A stretch of 64,000 nucleotides of DNA from Myxococcales bacterium (lineage in GTDB: Bacteria; Myxococcota_A; Bradymonadia; UBA7976; UBA1532), in contig SHZC01000001.1 of NCBI GenBank assembly GCA_009692505.1, positions 21,701 through 85,700 on the forward strand, read 5' to 3'. The notes beneath the pieces are model-generated. The model was not told the origin of the DNA. It saw nothing but the letters and a program-made list of their open reading frames with translations, and did no database searches. How positions within the stretch are numbered: the stretch's first letter is position 1; each line of letters opens with the position of its first letter. The translations under genes were made by a program, and so were the position numbers. Positions 54,520 to 63,614 of this stretch are shown one piece after another.

Positions 54520-56179
54520 TGCCGTGTCGCTTGAGCTTGTAGAGCAGGGTGCGACGAGCGACGCCGAGCGCCTTGGCCGCGTGCGTCCGATTGCCGCCAG
54601 CCGCGTCGAGCGCGCGCTCGATGAGCCGACGCTCGGCCACTTCTGTGACCTCGCCGACGGTGTGATGAAAGTCCTCGAGGTGGTCCGGCAACTCGACCCG
54701 CACGCCACTCGGCCCGTTCGGGTTGACCAGGGAGAGGCCCAGATCGTGGGGCTCAAGCTCCGCCCCATCGGCGACGAGCACGGCCTGCTCCATCGCGTGC
54801 TCCAGCTCGCGCACGTTCCCCGGCCAGCGGTGGGCCAACAGCGCGCGCGCCGCCGCCCGGCTCAGCGGTCGATCGGGCCGGCCATGTCGAGCCGAATGGC
54901 GACTCGAAAAGTGGTGCGCGAGCGGCACGATGTCCTCACGCCGATCCCGCAGCGGCGGCAGGTGGACCGTGACCACCTTGAGTCGATAGAAGAGGTCCTC
55001 ACGGAAGCGCCCCGCCTTCATCTCCAAAGGCAAGTCTCGATGGGTCGCCGCGACGATCCGCACGTCTACGTTGATGGGCTTGCGCCCACCGACGCGAGTG
55101 ATCTGCCGCTCCTGAAGGACGCGCAGCACCCGGGCCTGCGTCGCCGGTGCCATGTCCCCGATCTCGTCCAGGAAGAGCGTGCCCCCGTCGGCGCGCTCGA
55201 AGGTGCCTACGCGAGCGTCGACGCCCGTGGCCACGCCGCGCTCGATGCCGAACAGCTCCGCTTCCAGCAGTGACTCAGGCAGCGCCGCGCAGTTGATCGC
55301 CACAAAGACCCGCTCGCGCCTCGGGCTGAGGTGATGGATCGTCCGGGCAATGACCTCCTTGCCGGTGCCGCTCTCCCCGGTGATGAGGACGCTCGCCGAG
55401 GTGTCGGCCACCTTCTCCGCCAACTGCAGCGCCGCACGAAAGGCCCGGCTCGAGCCGACGAGCCCCGGCATGCCGCTCCGCTCGGCCAGCGCCTCACGCA
55501 GCGTGCGGTTCTCGTGGGCGAGGGCCTCGCGGCTCCGGCTGACCTCCGAGAAGAGGCGCGCATTGTCCGCGGCCATGGCCACGCTGTTCGCGATGATCGC
55601 CAGGAGACGCTCGTGGCGTGGCTCGAAGACGCCCTTCGCCGAGTCGCTCAGGTTGATCACCCCAACGATGCGGTCGCGGACCGTCAGCGGCAGGCAGAGC
55701 AGGCTGACCGGGGAGACCGGAGAGGAGGGCAGCTTGAGGAACCTCGGATCATTCGGGGCGTCGTCGAGGCGAATGGCCTCTCGGGATTGAGCGACCAGAC
55801 CCGCGATGCCCAGCCCGGCCCCGCTGGTCCCCATACCGACGAATCGCGGCTCCTCGGCCGCCGTCTCGACCACCATCGTGCGCTCGTCGAACGCCCCGCG
55901 CGCCGCCGATAGCAGGAGCCCCCGACCTCCGGGCACGGAGAGCATGAGCGAGCAGTTCTCGGGGTTGACCGCCTCATGAATCAGCTCGACGGCGCGACCG
56001 CAGACGGTCCCGAGATCGAGGCTCGCGCCCAAGGCGTCACCCACCTGCCGAACGAGCGAGAGCTCCTCGATCTTCTCGTCGAAGCGCGCGTTGAGCTCCG
56101 ACAGCGTGCGGCCATACTCGTCGCGTTCCCGGCGCAGGCGCTCCATCGCCGCCTCGTGCAGCGCCTGTCCCTCGTTCAC
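54512..56179 (-). CDS. GAF-domain sigma54-type enhancer-binding protein (GAF-AAA+-Fis HTH)
   Basis: N-terminal coiled coil; GAF 'GIAGLVA...DPRF...SLLCLPL...VGVINL'; GESGTGKE; GVATGV in place of GAFTGA; WPGNVRELE; HTH. Confidence 0.92.
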   Translation of the reverse strand: MNEGQALHEAAMERLRRERDEYGRTLSELNARFDEKIEELSLVRQVGDALGASLDLGTVCGRAVELIHEAVNPENCSLMLSVPGGRGLLLSAARGAFDERTMVVETAAEEPRFVGMGTSGAGLGIAGLVAQSREAIRLDDAPNDPRFLKLPSSPVSPVSLLCLPLTVRDRIVGVINLSDSAKGVFEPRHERLLAIIANSVAMAADNARLFSEVSRSREALAHENRTLREALAERSGMPGLVGSSRAFRAALQLAEKVADTSASVLITGESGTGKEVIARTIHHLSPRRERVFVAINCAALPESLLEAELFGIERGVATGVDARVGTFERADGGTLFLDEIGDMAPATQARVLRVLQERQITRVGGRKPINVDVRIVAATHRDLPLEMKAGRFREDLFYRLKVVTVHLPPLRDRREDIVPLAHHFSSRHSARHGRPDRPLSRAAARALLAHRWPGNVRELEHAMEQAVLVADGAELEPHDLGLSLVNPNGPSGVRVELPDHLEDFHHTVGEVTEVAERRLIERALDAAGGNRTHAAKALGVARRTLLYKLKRHGIT

Positions 56180-57093
56180 TTCGCGCCGGAGATCAGGTTC
56201 ATGTTCGCGAGCGCGGAGTGAAGGTCGTCCTGCATCCGACGGACCGCGAGCCTTAACTTCTCGTGGGTCATGCTCAGGTGCTTCCAGGCGAAGTCGTCGA
56301 GCGGCGGCATGACCTGGTCACCTGGGAACCCGAAGGCGTAGGCCCGGATCATCAAGTCGGCGAGGTGCACGACCGCGGTCGCGTCGGTGAACTTCAGCGA
56401 CTTTGAAGGCTCATGATGGCGCGCGATCGGCTCAGCGAGGGAGGTGGGCAGACCCCATCTGAGCACCAACCAGTGACCGATCTCGTCGTGGGTCACGCCG
56501 AGGAGCGCCTGCTCGGCCACACGGATCGTCTGGGCCTTGTGCTTCGCGTGCAGGACCACGGCTCGATACTCATCCTGCATCTGAGAGGCGAGGACCATCT
56601 TGCCGAGATCGTGCATGAGCGCGGCCGCCGAGACCTCCTCGCAGCGCGAGATGCCGAGCGTCTTTCCGAGTGCATTGGCGGCGATGGCCGAGCCGAACGA
56701 GTGCTCCCAGAGCCCATCGAGGGTCGCGCCCCGGCCACCAAGGATGTCGCTGACCGAGGTGCTGAGGATGAGCCCCTTTACGATGTCGAGCCCGAGCATG
56801 AGCAGCGCGTCAAAGACCGTCACGATGGCGCCGCTGACCCCGTAAAACGCGCTGTTCACCAACCTGAGGACGCGCGCGCACAGGACCGGATCGGTCTCGA
56901 TGAGCGTGGCGATCTTCTGGAGCGAGTCGGCGGGGCCGTCTTCCGCTAGGAGGTTGTTGATGCGGACGATGGACTCCGGAAACGTCGGCAGGCTCTTCAG
57001 CGCGTCTACACGCCGTTTGAGCATCCGACGGCCGAGGTCATCGAGCAGCGCGTCAGCGGTGAGCTCGACCACGGGTGGGGCGCGTCCAACCAC
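56176..57093 (-). CDS. Stand-alone HDOD-domain protein
   Basis: 'LPTFP', 'IETDPVL.ARVLRLVNSAFYG', 'LWEHS', 'LMHDLGK', 'H..IG.WL..RWGLP', 'HHEP'. Confidence 0.93.
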   Translation of the reverse strand: MVGRAPPVVELTADALLDDLGRRMLKRRVDALKSLPTFPESIVRINNLLAEDGPADSLQKIATLIETDPVLCARVLRLVNSAFYGVSGAIVTVFDALLMLGLDIVKGLILSTSVSDILGGRGATLDGLWEHSFGSAIAANALGKTLGISRCEEVSAAALMHDLGKMVLASQMQDEYRAVVLHAKHKAQTIRVAEQALLGVTHDEIGHWLVLRWGLPTSLAEPIARHHEPSKSLKFTDATAVVHLADLMIRAYAFGFPGDQVMPPLDDFAWKHLSMTHEKLRLAVRRMQDDLHSALANMNLISGAK

Positions 57094-57099
57094 GAGCCG

Positions 57100-57423
57100 T
57101 TACGGCCCTTCCGTGCGAAGCAGGCCGTCGAGGTAGACGTCTCTGACCGCGTCCTTCAACGCCACCATCCGGCGGTCCGCGATCACCGGAGCGAACCGCC
57201 GCTCGAGCTCGGCGAGCCAAGCCTCGGGGTCCGGGACGAGCTCCCAAGGACCGAGCCGTGGGTCGTCTTCAACCGCCACCGTATCCACGCCCATGTCGTT
57301 GAGCATCTGGAGGTGTCGGCCTTCCAAGGTCGTGCCGCGCCCGAACAGCGGCAGACCTTCAGGGGTGGTCACCGGCTCGGCGAGCTTCAAACCGGTGCGC
57401 GTAACGCGCACGAAAACGCGCAT
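57100..57423 (-). CDS. Small HDOD-associated hypothetical protein (resembles the N-terminal module of HD-GYP proteins)
   Basis: 'GLKLAEPVTTPEG.PL..RGT.L....L..L..MGV..V.VE' and C-terminal 'LERRF'; co-oriented with the HDOD gene. Confidence 0.7.
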   Translation of the reverse strand: MRVFVRVTRTGLKLAEPVTTPEGLPLFGRGTTLEGRHLQMLNDMGVDTVAVEDDPRLGPWELVPDPEAWLAELERRFAPVIADRRMVALKDAVRDVYLDGLLRTEGP

Positions 57424-57474
57424 GGACATCGGGCAGAGTGTACTCGCGTGTTGGAGTCGCGGACCCCCGGATCG

Positions 57475-57873
57475 TCAGCAGGCGGAGGAATTCTCGACGA
57501 AGCTCCGGATGAGGGTCTCTTGCGCCGGCGTAAGGTCAACGAAGCGCAGGCCCACGCCTCGCCGCGTATTCCGACCGTGCATGACCTCCGCGTCGGCCCA
57601 GATCACCTCGTCGGTCCCCGGCAAGACGAACTCCAGCGAGATGCGCGCCCGGGTGGGGGTCGTCGGCTCAAGCAGGCGATGGAGGAAAAGTCCCGTCCGC
57701 GACAGGTCTCGCGTTCGGGCCAGGTGCGGCACGCCGTTGATCATCTTGTTGATGTAGATGTCGACGGGCACGCGCCGACACTCACGCGCCCCGAGGTCCT
57801 TTAAGGCCGACGCGCTGGCGGCCGAGGCGCGGGTAGAGCGGTGAATCACGCGGCGTGGGGTCTGGGTGCTCAT
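57475..57873 (-). CDS. PilZ-domain (c-di-GMP receptor) protein
   Basis: RxxxR ('RECRR') and DxSxxG ('DLSRTG'), 'GVGLRFV'; GGAGG RBS before ATG 57873. Confidence 0.88.
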   Translation of the reverse strand: MSTQTPRRVIHRSTRASAASASALKDLGARECRRVPVDIYINKMINGVPHLARTRDLSRTGLFLHRLLEPTTPTRARISLEFVLPGTDEVIWADAEVMHGRNTRRGVGLRFVDLTPAQETLIRSFVENSSAC

Positions 57874-57904
57874 TCTTTCCTCCGTGGGCTTCTTGCCTAC
57901 AGGT

Positions 57905-57940
57905 AGGATACGCACGCACCCGACGACGTAAAGTTTTTTT
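57905..57940 (-). promoter_or_regulatory. Possible internal promoter for the pilZ-HDOD-EBP module
   Basis: A7 tract followed by TTTACG-N16-TATCCT in the pyk-pilZ gap. Confidence 0.3.
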
Positions 57941-57944
57941 CCGG

Positions 57945-59375
57945 TCAGTCGGCGTCGTGCCGGACCCCGACGAGGTTCTCCACGGACTGGATCGTCATGA
58001 GGTTTGTATTGCCCGAGCGGCCCGTTGGCACTCCGGCGATGACGGCCACGAGATCCCCCCGATCGAGCATCTTCTCGGTGACCATGGCCTCGCACGATCG
58101 ACGGATCACGTTCTCCATGCGGCCGAACATCTTCATCGTAATCGCGTAGCACCCGAAGCTCAGCGAGAGTCGGCGCGCGACCGCGAGATCGGGGGTCGTG
58201 ACCAGGATGGGAACGGGGGGCCGGTATCGCGACATTCGGACGGCGGTCGCCCCGCTGGTGGTCGGCACGAGGATCGCCCGGACCTTCAGCTCGGTGGCCG
58301 CGAGGAACGCGCCTTTGCACATGAGCTCGGACAGCTCCTTCGTGCGGCCGCCGGGCGGCTTCATGGAGTTACGGGCGGTCTCACGCTCGGCGAACTCAGC
58401 GATGCGGGACATCGTGCGGACGGCGTCGATCGGATACTTCCCGACCGTGGTCTCCTGCGAGAGCATGATCGCGTCGGTCCCCTCGAAGATCGCGTTGGCG
58501 ACATCCGAGGTCTCCGCGCGTGACGGACGCGGATTTCGGGTCATCGACTCCAGCATCTCGGTCGCGACGATGACGGTCTTGCCCGCGGCCCGGCAGGCGT
58601 CAATCATCTGCTTCTGGACGACGGGCACTTCTTCCAGGCGGATCTCCACGCCGAGGTCCCCGCGCGCCACCATGATGCCGTCGGAGACCGCGATGATGTC
58701 GGCGAGGTTCTTCACGCCGAGCCGGCTCTCGATCTTCGAGATGATCGCGGTCTTGCCGCCCTCTTGAGCGATGATCTCGCGGATCTGGTGAACGTCCTCC
58801 GGTTCGCTGACGAAGGAGGCGGCGATGAAGTCCGCCCCGTGACGCACGGCGAAACGAATGTCCGAGGCGTCGCGTTCCGACATGAACGGCAAGCCCAAGC
58901 GAGCGTCCGGGATGTTCACGCCCTTCTTCGACTTGACCGTCCCGCCGCGGATGACCCGACAGCGCACATGGTCGCTCTCGACGTCGATGACAATCAGCTC
59001 AATCTGACCGTCGTCGACGAGCACGCTGCTCCCGATGTCGAGGACCCGCGGGAGCGAGGGGTGCGTGACCCGCAGGACCTCCGGCGTCGAGAAGCCGGTC
59101 TCGCCACGAATCGTCAACTCATGACCGGCTTCGAGCTCATACGGCGCCTCGACATCCGTGGTCCGAATCTCCGGGCCCTTCGTATCGATGAGGATGCCGA
59201 CGCGCTCGTTGATCCTCCGGAGATCGGCGATGATCCCGGCGGCCTCCTCCTGCGTGCCGTGGCTCATATTGATACGAAGAACGTTCATCCCGGCATCGAT
59301 GAGCTGCTTCATCATCTCCGGTGATCGGGTCACCGGTCCAAGAGTCGCGATGATCTTTGTCTTACGCACGTTCAC
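57945..59375 (-). CDS. pyk: Pyruvate kinase
   Basis: 'RKTKIIATLGP', 'RINMSHG', 'DTKGPEIR', 'ISKIE', 'MVARGDLGVE', 'DAIMLS.ET..GKYP'. Confidence 0.97.
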   Translation of the reverse strand: MNVRKTKIIATLGPVTRSPEMMKQLIDAGMNVLRINMSHGTQEEAAGIIADLRRINERVGILIDTKGPEIRTTDVEAPYELEAGHELTIRGETGFSTPEVLRVTHPSLPRVLDIGSSVLVDDGQIELIVIDVESDHVRCRVIRGGTVKSKKGVNIPDARLGLPFMSERDASDIRFAVRHGADFIAASFVSEPEDVHQIREIIAQEGGKTAIISKIESRLGVKNLADIIAVSDGIMVARGDLGVEIRLEEVPVVQKQMIDACRAAGKTVIVATEMLESMTRNPRPSRAETSDVANAIFEGTDAIMLSQETTVGKYPIDAVRTMSRIAEFAERETARNSMKPPGGRTKELSELMCKGAFLAATELKVRAILVPTTSGATAVRMSRYRPPVPILVTTPDLAVARRLSLSFGCYAITMKMFGRMENVIRRSCEAMVTEKMLDRGDLVAVIAGVPTGRSGNTNLMTIQSVENLVGVRHDAD

Positions 59376-59441
59376 CCTCCAAAGCGGATAATGGGCCGGC
59401 TCGGCTTGTACGGCGAGCGCGGAGTGACATCACGAGGTTTG

Positions 59442-60116
59442 ATGGCGATTTTGGCAAGAGCGCTGCCGCGACTGTACCTCGCGGTCGCAGCCGAGCACCT
59501 CGCGGTGATCGCGGGCCTGACCTTGGTTTTCATGGCAGTCTTCTTCGCCGGTCAAGCCATCGAGGGTCGAGCACCGGAGCTGCCCCGAGGCGTCGCGCTC
59601 GCCCTGCCGGTGTCGGCCCTCCTCGGGACGTGCGTCATGGTCGCCCGGCTGCGCGCGCAGCGTCTGGAGGTGGCGCTCTCCGCGCTCGGACGGCAGCCGC
59701 TCTACCTGGCCGCCCAGCTCATGGCGGTAGGCCTCCTTCTGTCGAGCTTGCCGACCGGCCGATTGCCCGGGCCGCCCGATGCGAGCGATGATGTTCGCCC
59801 AACGCTGACGCCCACGCTGACAATCGACGAGCGCAGCGTGACGGTGCGGACCTCGAATGGTCAAGCATCCTTGACATTCGATGAGGGCGGCGCGCGACGA
59901 GATGATGTGAGCGGCGTGAAGGACTGGCCGGCGCCCACGTTCCGAACGACGCCTCCGAGGAGCGGAAGTCCCAGCCCGCTCCCGCACCTCCTCGCGCTCG
60001 TCGTGGCGGTGCATTTTCTTCTGAAGCGGCCGCGGACCCCCAGCTTGCCACTTTCGCTCTGCATCGGCGCGGCGGCCGTGGTGCTGGCGCGTCTCACGTC
60101 GTTCTTGTCGGCCTGA
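59442..60116 (+). CDS. Membrane protein resembling a shortened LptF/LptG permease
   Basis: 'ALPVSALLG.....ARL..QRLEVAL.ALG.QP' resembles the LptF/G coupling-helix region; short beta-rich periplasmic segment and two C-terminal TMs. Confidence 0.5.
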   Translation: MAILARALPRLYLAVAAEHLAVIAGLTLVFMAVFFAGQAIEGRAPELPRGVALALPVSALLGTCVMVARLRAQRLEVALSALGRQPLYLAAQLMAVGLLLSSLPTGRLPGPPDASDDVRPTLTPTLTIDERSVTVRTSNGQASLTFDEGGARRDDVSGVKDWPAPTFRTTPPRSGSPSPLPHLLALVVAVHFLLKRPRTPSLPLSLCIGAAAVVLARLTSFLSA

Positions 60117-60118
60117 AG

Positions 60119-62305
60119 TCAAGACGCCGAGATGACCCGAACATGAGCGTTATAGTCGGGCACGCCGGACAGCGGGTCGAGCCGCTCGGCCGGCAGGAGA
60201 CAGTTGGCCTCGGGCCAGTGCATCTGGGCGTTGCCGGGCATCATGGCCATGATCTTGACCGTCGCCTCGAACTCGCCGAAGTCGCTGATGACCCGCACGC
60301 GCTCCCCCTCGCGCAGACCCCGCTCGAGGACGTCGCTCGCGGCCATCAGGATGTCGTCGCGCCGCGCGCCGGTCAGGCCGTCGACCTCCGCGTGAACCAT
60401 GCTGTTGAACTGCTTGCCCCTTCGCGTCGAGAGGCGCAGCTCTGAGGCGCCGATCTTGGCCTGCGGAGGCGAGACGCACCAAAGACGCGCCTTGAAATCA
60501 GGCAACGGAAACTGACCGTCAGCACAGAGATGACGACCGCCTGACTGGAAGGCATCGCCGGCGCGTTTCAGGGAGGCGATACCCGCATAAGCCGGGACGA
60601 GCGACTCAATCTCGCGGCGAATGGCGTCGGCGTCCTCGAAGGTCAACTCACTTGACAAGTCGGGCCGCGCCGCCCTCACGAGGTCGAGCACGATGCGCCA
60701 CTCGGTGCGCGCTTGCCCGATGTCATGGCCGGGGATATGAGGGCTGTAGACCACACGTCGCTCGGTCGTCGTCTCGGTGCCGCCGCCCTCCTGCTCGTAG
60801 CGGGTGCGCGCCGGGAGCAGCCAGACCTCTTCGCGGGCGGGCACGAGCATCTGCTTGGTCAAGACGATGTCCTGATGGATCCGCAGCGGCACGTTCGAAA
60901 GCGCAGCCTCCACGCGCGCCGGCTGGGGCAGGGTCTCGAGGAAGTTGCCACCCATCGCGTACAGGACGTCGAGCTCCCCGCGCAGGGCCGCCTCGATCAT
61001 CCCCACGGTGTGCAAGCCGGGCCCCTCGGGGATGGGGAACCCCCAAGCCTCGGAGAAACGCGCGCGAACCGCTTTATCCGAGACAGGCAGTCCCCCGGGG
61101 AGCACCGTGGCGTAGGCGCCCATCTCCGCGCCGCCCTGGACCCCGCTGTGACCCCGAATGGGCATGAGCCCCGCGCCGTCGCGCCCGACATAGCCACGAA
61201 GCAAGCCGAGGTTGCACAACGCGCCGACCGTCTCCGCGCCGTGACCGTTCTGGGTCAGCCCCATGCTCCAGACGAAGATGCCGCGCCGGGTCTCGCGAAG
61301 AATTCGGACGAAGGCCTCGAGGTCCTCGGCGGACGCGCCGCTGTCGGCGAGGAGCTGCGGCACGGAGAGCGTCTGCAGATGCGCCGACAGCTCTTCGAAC
61401 CCGGTGACGTGCGCGTCGACGAAGGCCCGGTCCACGCCGCCGGTCTCGATCAACGTTCGTTTGACGGCGCAGAGAAAAGCGAGATCACCGCCAGTCCGAA
61501 CGCCGAAGAATCGGTCGACGACGTCCGTCCCGAAGAGGGCCGAGCTCGGGGTCGAGGGCACCCAGTACCGCTTCATGCCCGGCTCCTCGAAGGGGTTGAC
61601 CGCATAGACCTTCGCGCCCTTGAGGCGGGCCTCGTGCAGATACTTCATGGCCACCGGCTGGTCGTTCGCCGGATTGCTGCCGAAGAAGAAGATCGCCTCG
61701 GCCTCCATGAAGTCCCGATAGCTGCAGGTGCTCGCCGAGATGCCCATCGTCGTCTTCATCGCGACCGTCGAGGGGCTGTGACACAGGCGCGCGGCGTTCT
61801 CGATATGCGGGCTGCCGAGCGCGCGCCAAGCCTTCTGGGCGACGTAGTAGACCTCGTTGGTGATGCCCCGCGAGGTGAGAAACAGCGCCTGCCGAGAGGG
61901 GGGGCTCGATCCGAGGCGCCGCCCAATCCGCGTATTGGCCTCGCCCCACTCCACCCGCTTGAACCCTCGCTCGCCCTGCACGCGCACCATCGGGAACGGG
62001 AGCCGGCCCAGGTCCCGCAGGGTCTTGCTGTCCAGGGTCTTCAGCTCGTTGACGTCGGCGAGCACCGTCTCATCGAGGGCGTCCATGGTATTGAGCCGCA
62101 GGAGGTTGAGGCGGATGAGGCAAAGATGGGTGCCCTCAATCGTCCAGTCTTTCAGGCCTGTCGTGCCGAGCGCGCACCCGTCACAGACGCCCTGGGACAA
62201 GACCTTCATCGCATACGCAGGGTGGTTGCGATTCTCCCAGGCGATGCGCGCCATCTCTAGATAGTGGTGGGGCTTCTGAGCCCCGATCCCGAACGGAAGT
62301 CGCAT
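60119..62305 (-). CDS. FdhF/YdeP family molybdopterin oxidoreductase
   Basis: 'CDGCALG', 'NAARLCHSPS', 'WSMGLTQ', 'PIRGHSGVQG', 'STRRGKQFNSMV', 'PDYNA'. Confidence 0.92.
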   Translation of the reverse strand: MRLPFGIGAQKPHHYLEMARIAWENRNHPAYAMKVLSQGVCDGCALGTTGLKDWTIEGTHLCLIRLNLLRLNTMDALDETVLADVNELKTLDSKTLRDLGRLPFPMVRVQGERGFKRVEWGEANTRIGRRLGSSPPSRQALFLTSRGITNEVYYVAQKAWRALGSPHIENAARLCHSPSTVAMKTTMGISASTCSYRDFMEAEAIFFFGSNPANDQPVAMKYLHEARLKGAKVYAVNPFEEPGMKRYWVPSTPSSALFGTDVVDRFFGVRTGGDLAFLCAVKRTLIETGGVDRAFVDAHVTGFEELSAHLQTLSVPQLLADSGASAEDLEAFVRILRETRRGIFVWSMGLTQNGHGAETVGALCNLGLLRGYVGRDGAGLMPIRGHSGVQGGAEMGAYATVLPGGLPVSDKAVRARFSEAWGFPIPEGPGLHTVGMIEAALRGELDVLYAMGGNFLETLPQPARVEAALSNVPLRIHQDIVLTKQMLVPAREEVWLLPARTRYEQEGGGTETTTERRVVYSPHIPGHDIGQARTEWRIVLDLVRAARPDLSSELTFEDADAIRREIESLVPAYAGIASLKRAGDAFQSGGRHLCADGQFPLPDFKARLWCVSPPQAKIGASELRLSTRRGKQFNSMVHAEVDGLTGARRDDILMAASDVLERGLREGERVRVISDFGEFEATVKIMAMMPGNAQMHWPEANCLLPAERLDPLSGVPDYNAHVRVISAS

Positions 62306-62318
62306 CAGCTCCCTCGCC

Positions 62319-63458
62319 TCAGAATGGCTGGTCCTGCTGCACGAGCAGGCTGCTGGCGACCCGCAGAAGCTCGTCGTCCTCGCGGATCAACCGAGGCGAC
62401 TGAGAGGTGACCGCCTCGAGTGGGTGAACCACGATGACGTTGCTGACGAGGCCCACCATCACCGGCCGCCCGTCGCCCGGGAGGAGCGCTTGATCGGCCG
62501 CGGCCACGCCGAGTCGGCACGCCAGGAGGTTGTCGAAGGCGGACGGATGACCCCCGCGGGCCAGGTAGCCGATGGTGTTCAAGCGCGTCTCCAGAGGCCG
62601 TCCGAGCGCCTCTCGAACCTCGGGATCATCCTCGATGAGGCGGCACATCTCCTCGCCGAGATGTGGTCGGCCGCTCACCTTGCGGACCCCCTCGGCCATC
62701 ACCACGATGATGTACCGATAGTCCATGTGTGCGGCCCGCCGAATCCGCTCGAGCACCTGCTCGGGGTCGTAGCTGTCGGGCACCTCCGGCAGCATGATCG
62801 TGGCCGCGCCCCCGGCGATTCCGGCGCACAACGCGATCCAGCCGCTCGTATTGCCCATGACCTCGAGGATGGCGCAGCGCCGATGGCTGTCGATGGTGTC
62901 GCGCAGCTTGCGAAGGGCGTCGACCGTGTTGTTGAGCGCAGTATCGAAGCCGACGCTGAACTCGGTCCCCCAGATGTCGTTGTCGATGGTCGCCGGCAGC
63001 CCGACGACGCGCAGCGGCGAGCCAAACCGCTCCTCGTAGGCTTGGGCGATCCGGGCGCACCCCTTGAAGGATCCGTCGCCACCGATGACGACGATGGCAT
63101 CGAGGCCGAGCTGCCTCAGGTTGACCACGGCGACGTCGGTGATTTCTCTTTGTTTGCGAAGCCAGGCCTCCCGCTCGGCGGCGGTGAGTCGCTCGGGGGG
63201 ATCGGCGAGCTCAACGAGGCGCCCAGTCCCGATAAACGTGCCCCCGCGATGGATGATGTCGCGGACCCGGCTGCGATCGATGTTGCGATCGAAGTTGACC
63301 TGGAGGCGCCCCGCAAGGCCGTTGAGACCTTCGTGGAAGAGCACGATCTCATGGGCCGGCGAGACCATCTTCACCCGCCGAAAGACCGCCCGGATGGCCG
63401 CGTTCATCCCTGGAGCGTCTCCGCCACTCGTGAGGATACCGATCCGCTTCTTGGCCAT
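62319..63458 (-). CDS. pfkA: ATP-dependent 6-phosphofructokinase family protein
   Basis: 'ILTSGGDAPGMNAAIR', 'GGT.IGT.R', GGDGS, PATIDND, 'GFDTA', 'AEG', 'RGG.P.AFD'; ATG 63458. Confidence 0.9.
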   Translation of the reverse strand: MAKKRIGILTSGGDAPGMNAAIRAVFRRVKMVSPAHEIVLFHEGLNGLAGRLQVNFDRNIDRSRVRDIIHRGGTFIGTGRLVELADPPERLTAAEREAWLRKQREITDVAVVNLRQLGLDAIVVIGGDGSFKGCARIAQAYEERFGSPLRVVGLPATIDNDIWGTEFSVGFDTALNNTVDALRKLRDTIDSHRRCAILEVMGNTSGWIALCAGIAGGAATIMLPEVPDSYDPEQVLERIRRAAHMDYRYIIVVMAEGVRKVSGRPHLGEEMCRLIEDDPEVREALGRPLETRLNTIGYLARGGHPSAFDNLLACRLGVAAADQALLPGDGRPVMVGLVSNVIVVHPLEAVTSQSPRLIREDDELLRVASSLLVQQDQPF

Positions 63459-63614
63459 GTCGAGGTCCAATCTATCCAAGGCCAGGGCGCCGACTGTCGA
63501 CGCGGCGACCGAACCTTGTCCGAGTAGCACGGTCGGACAAGGCTCGCAATCTTGACAGTCATCGAAAGGGGGCCGCATATAGGCGAGCTTTTGAGTCAGG
63601 TCCCAAGGAGACGT

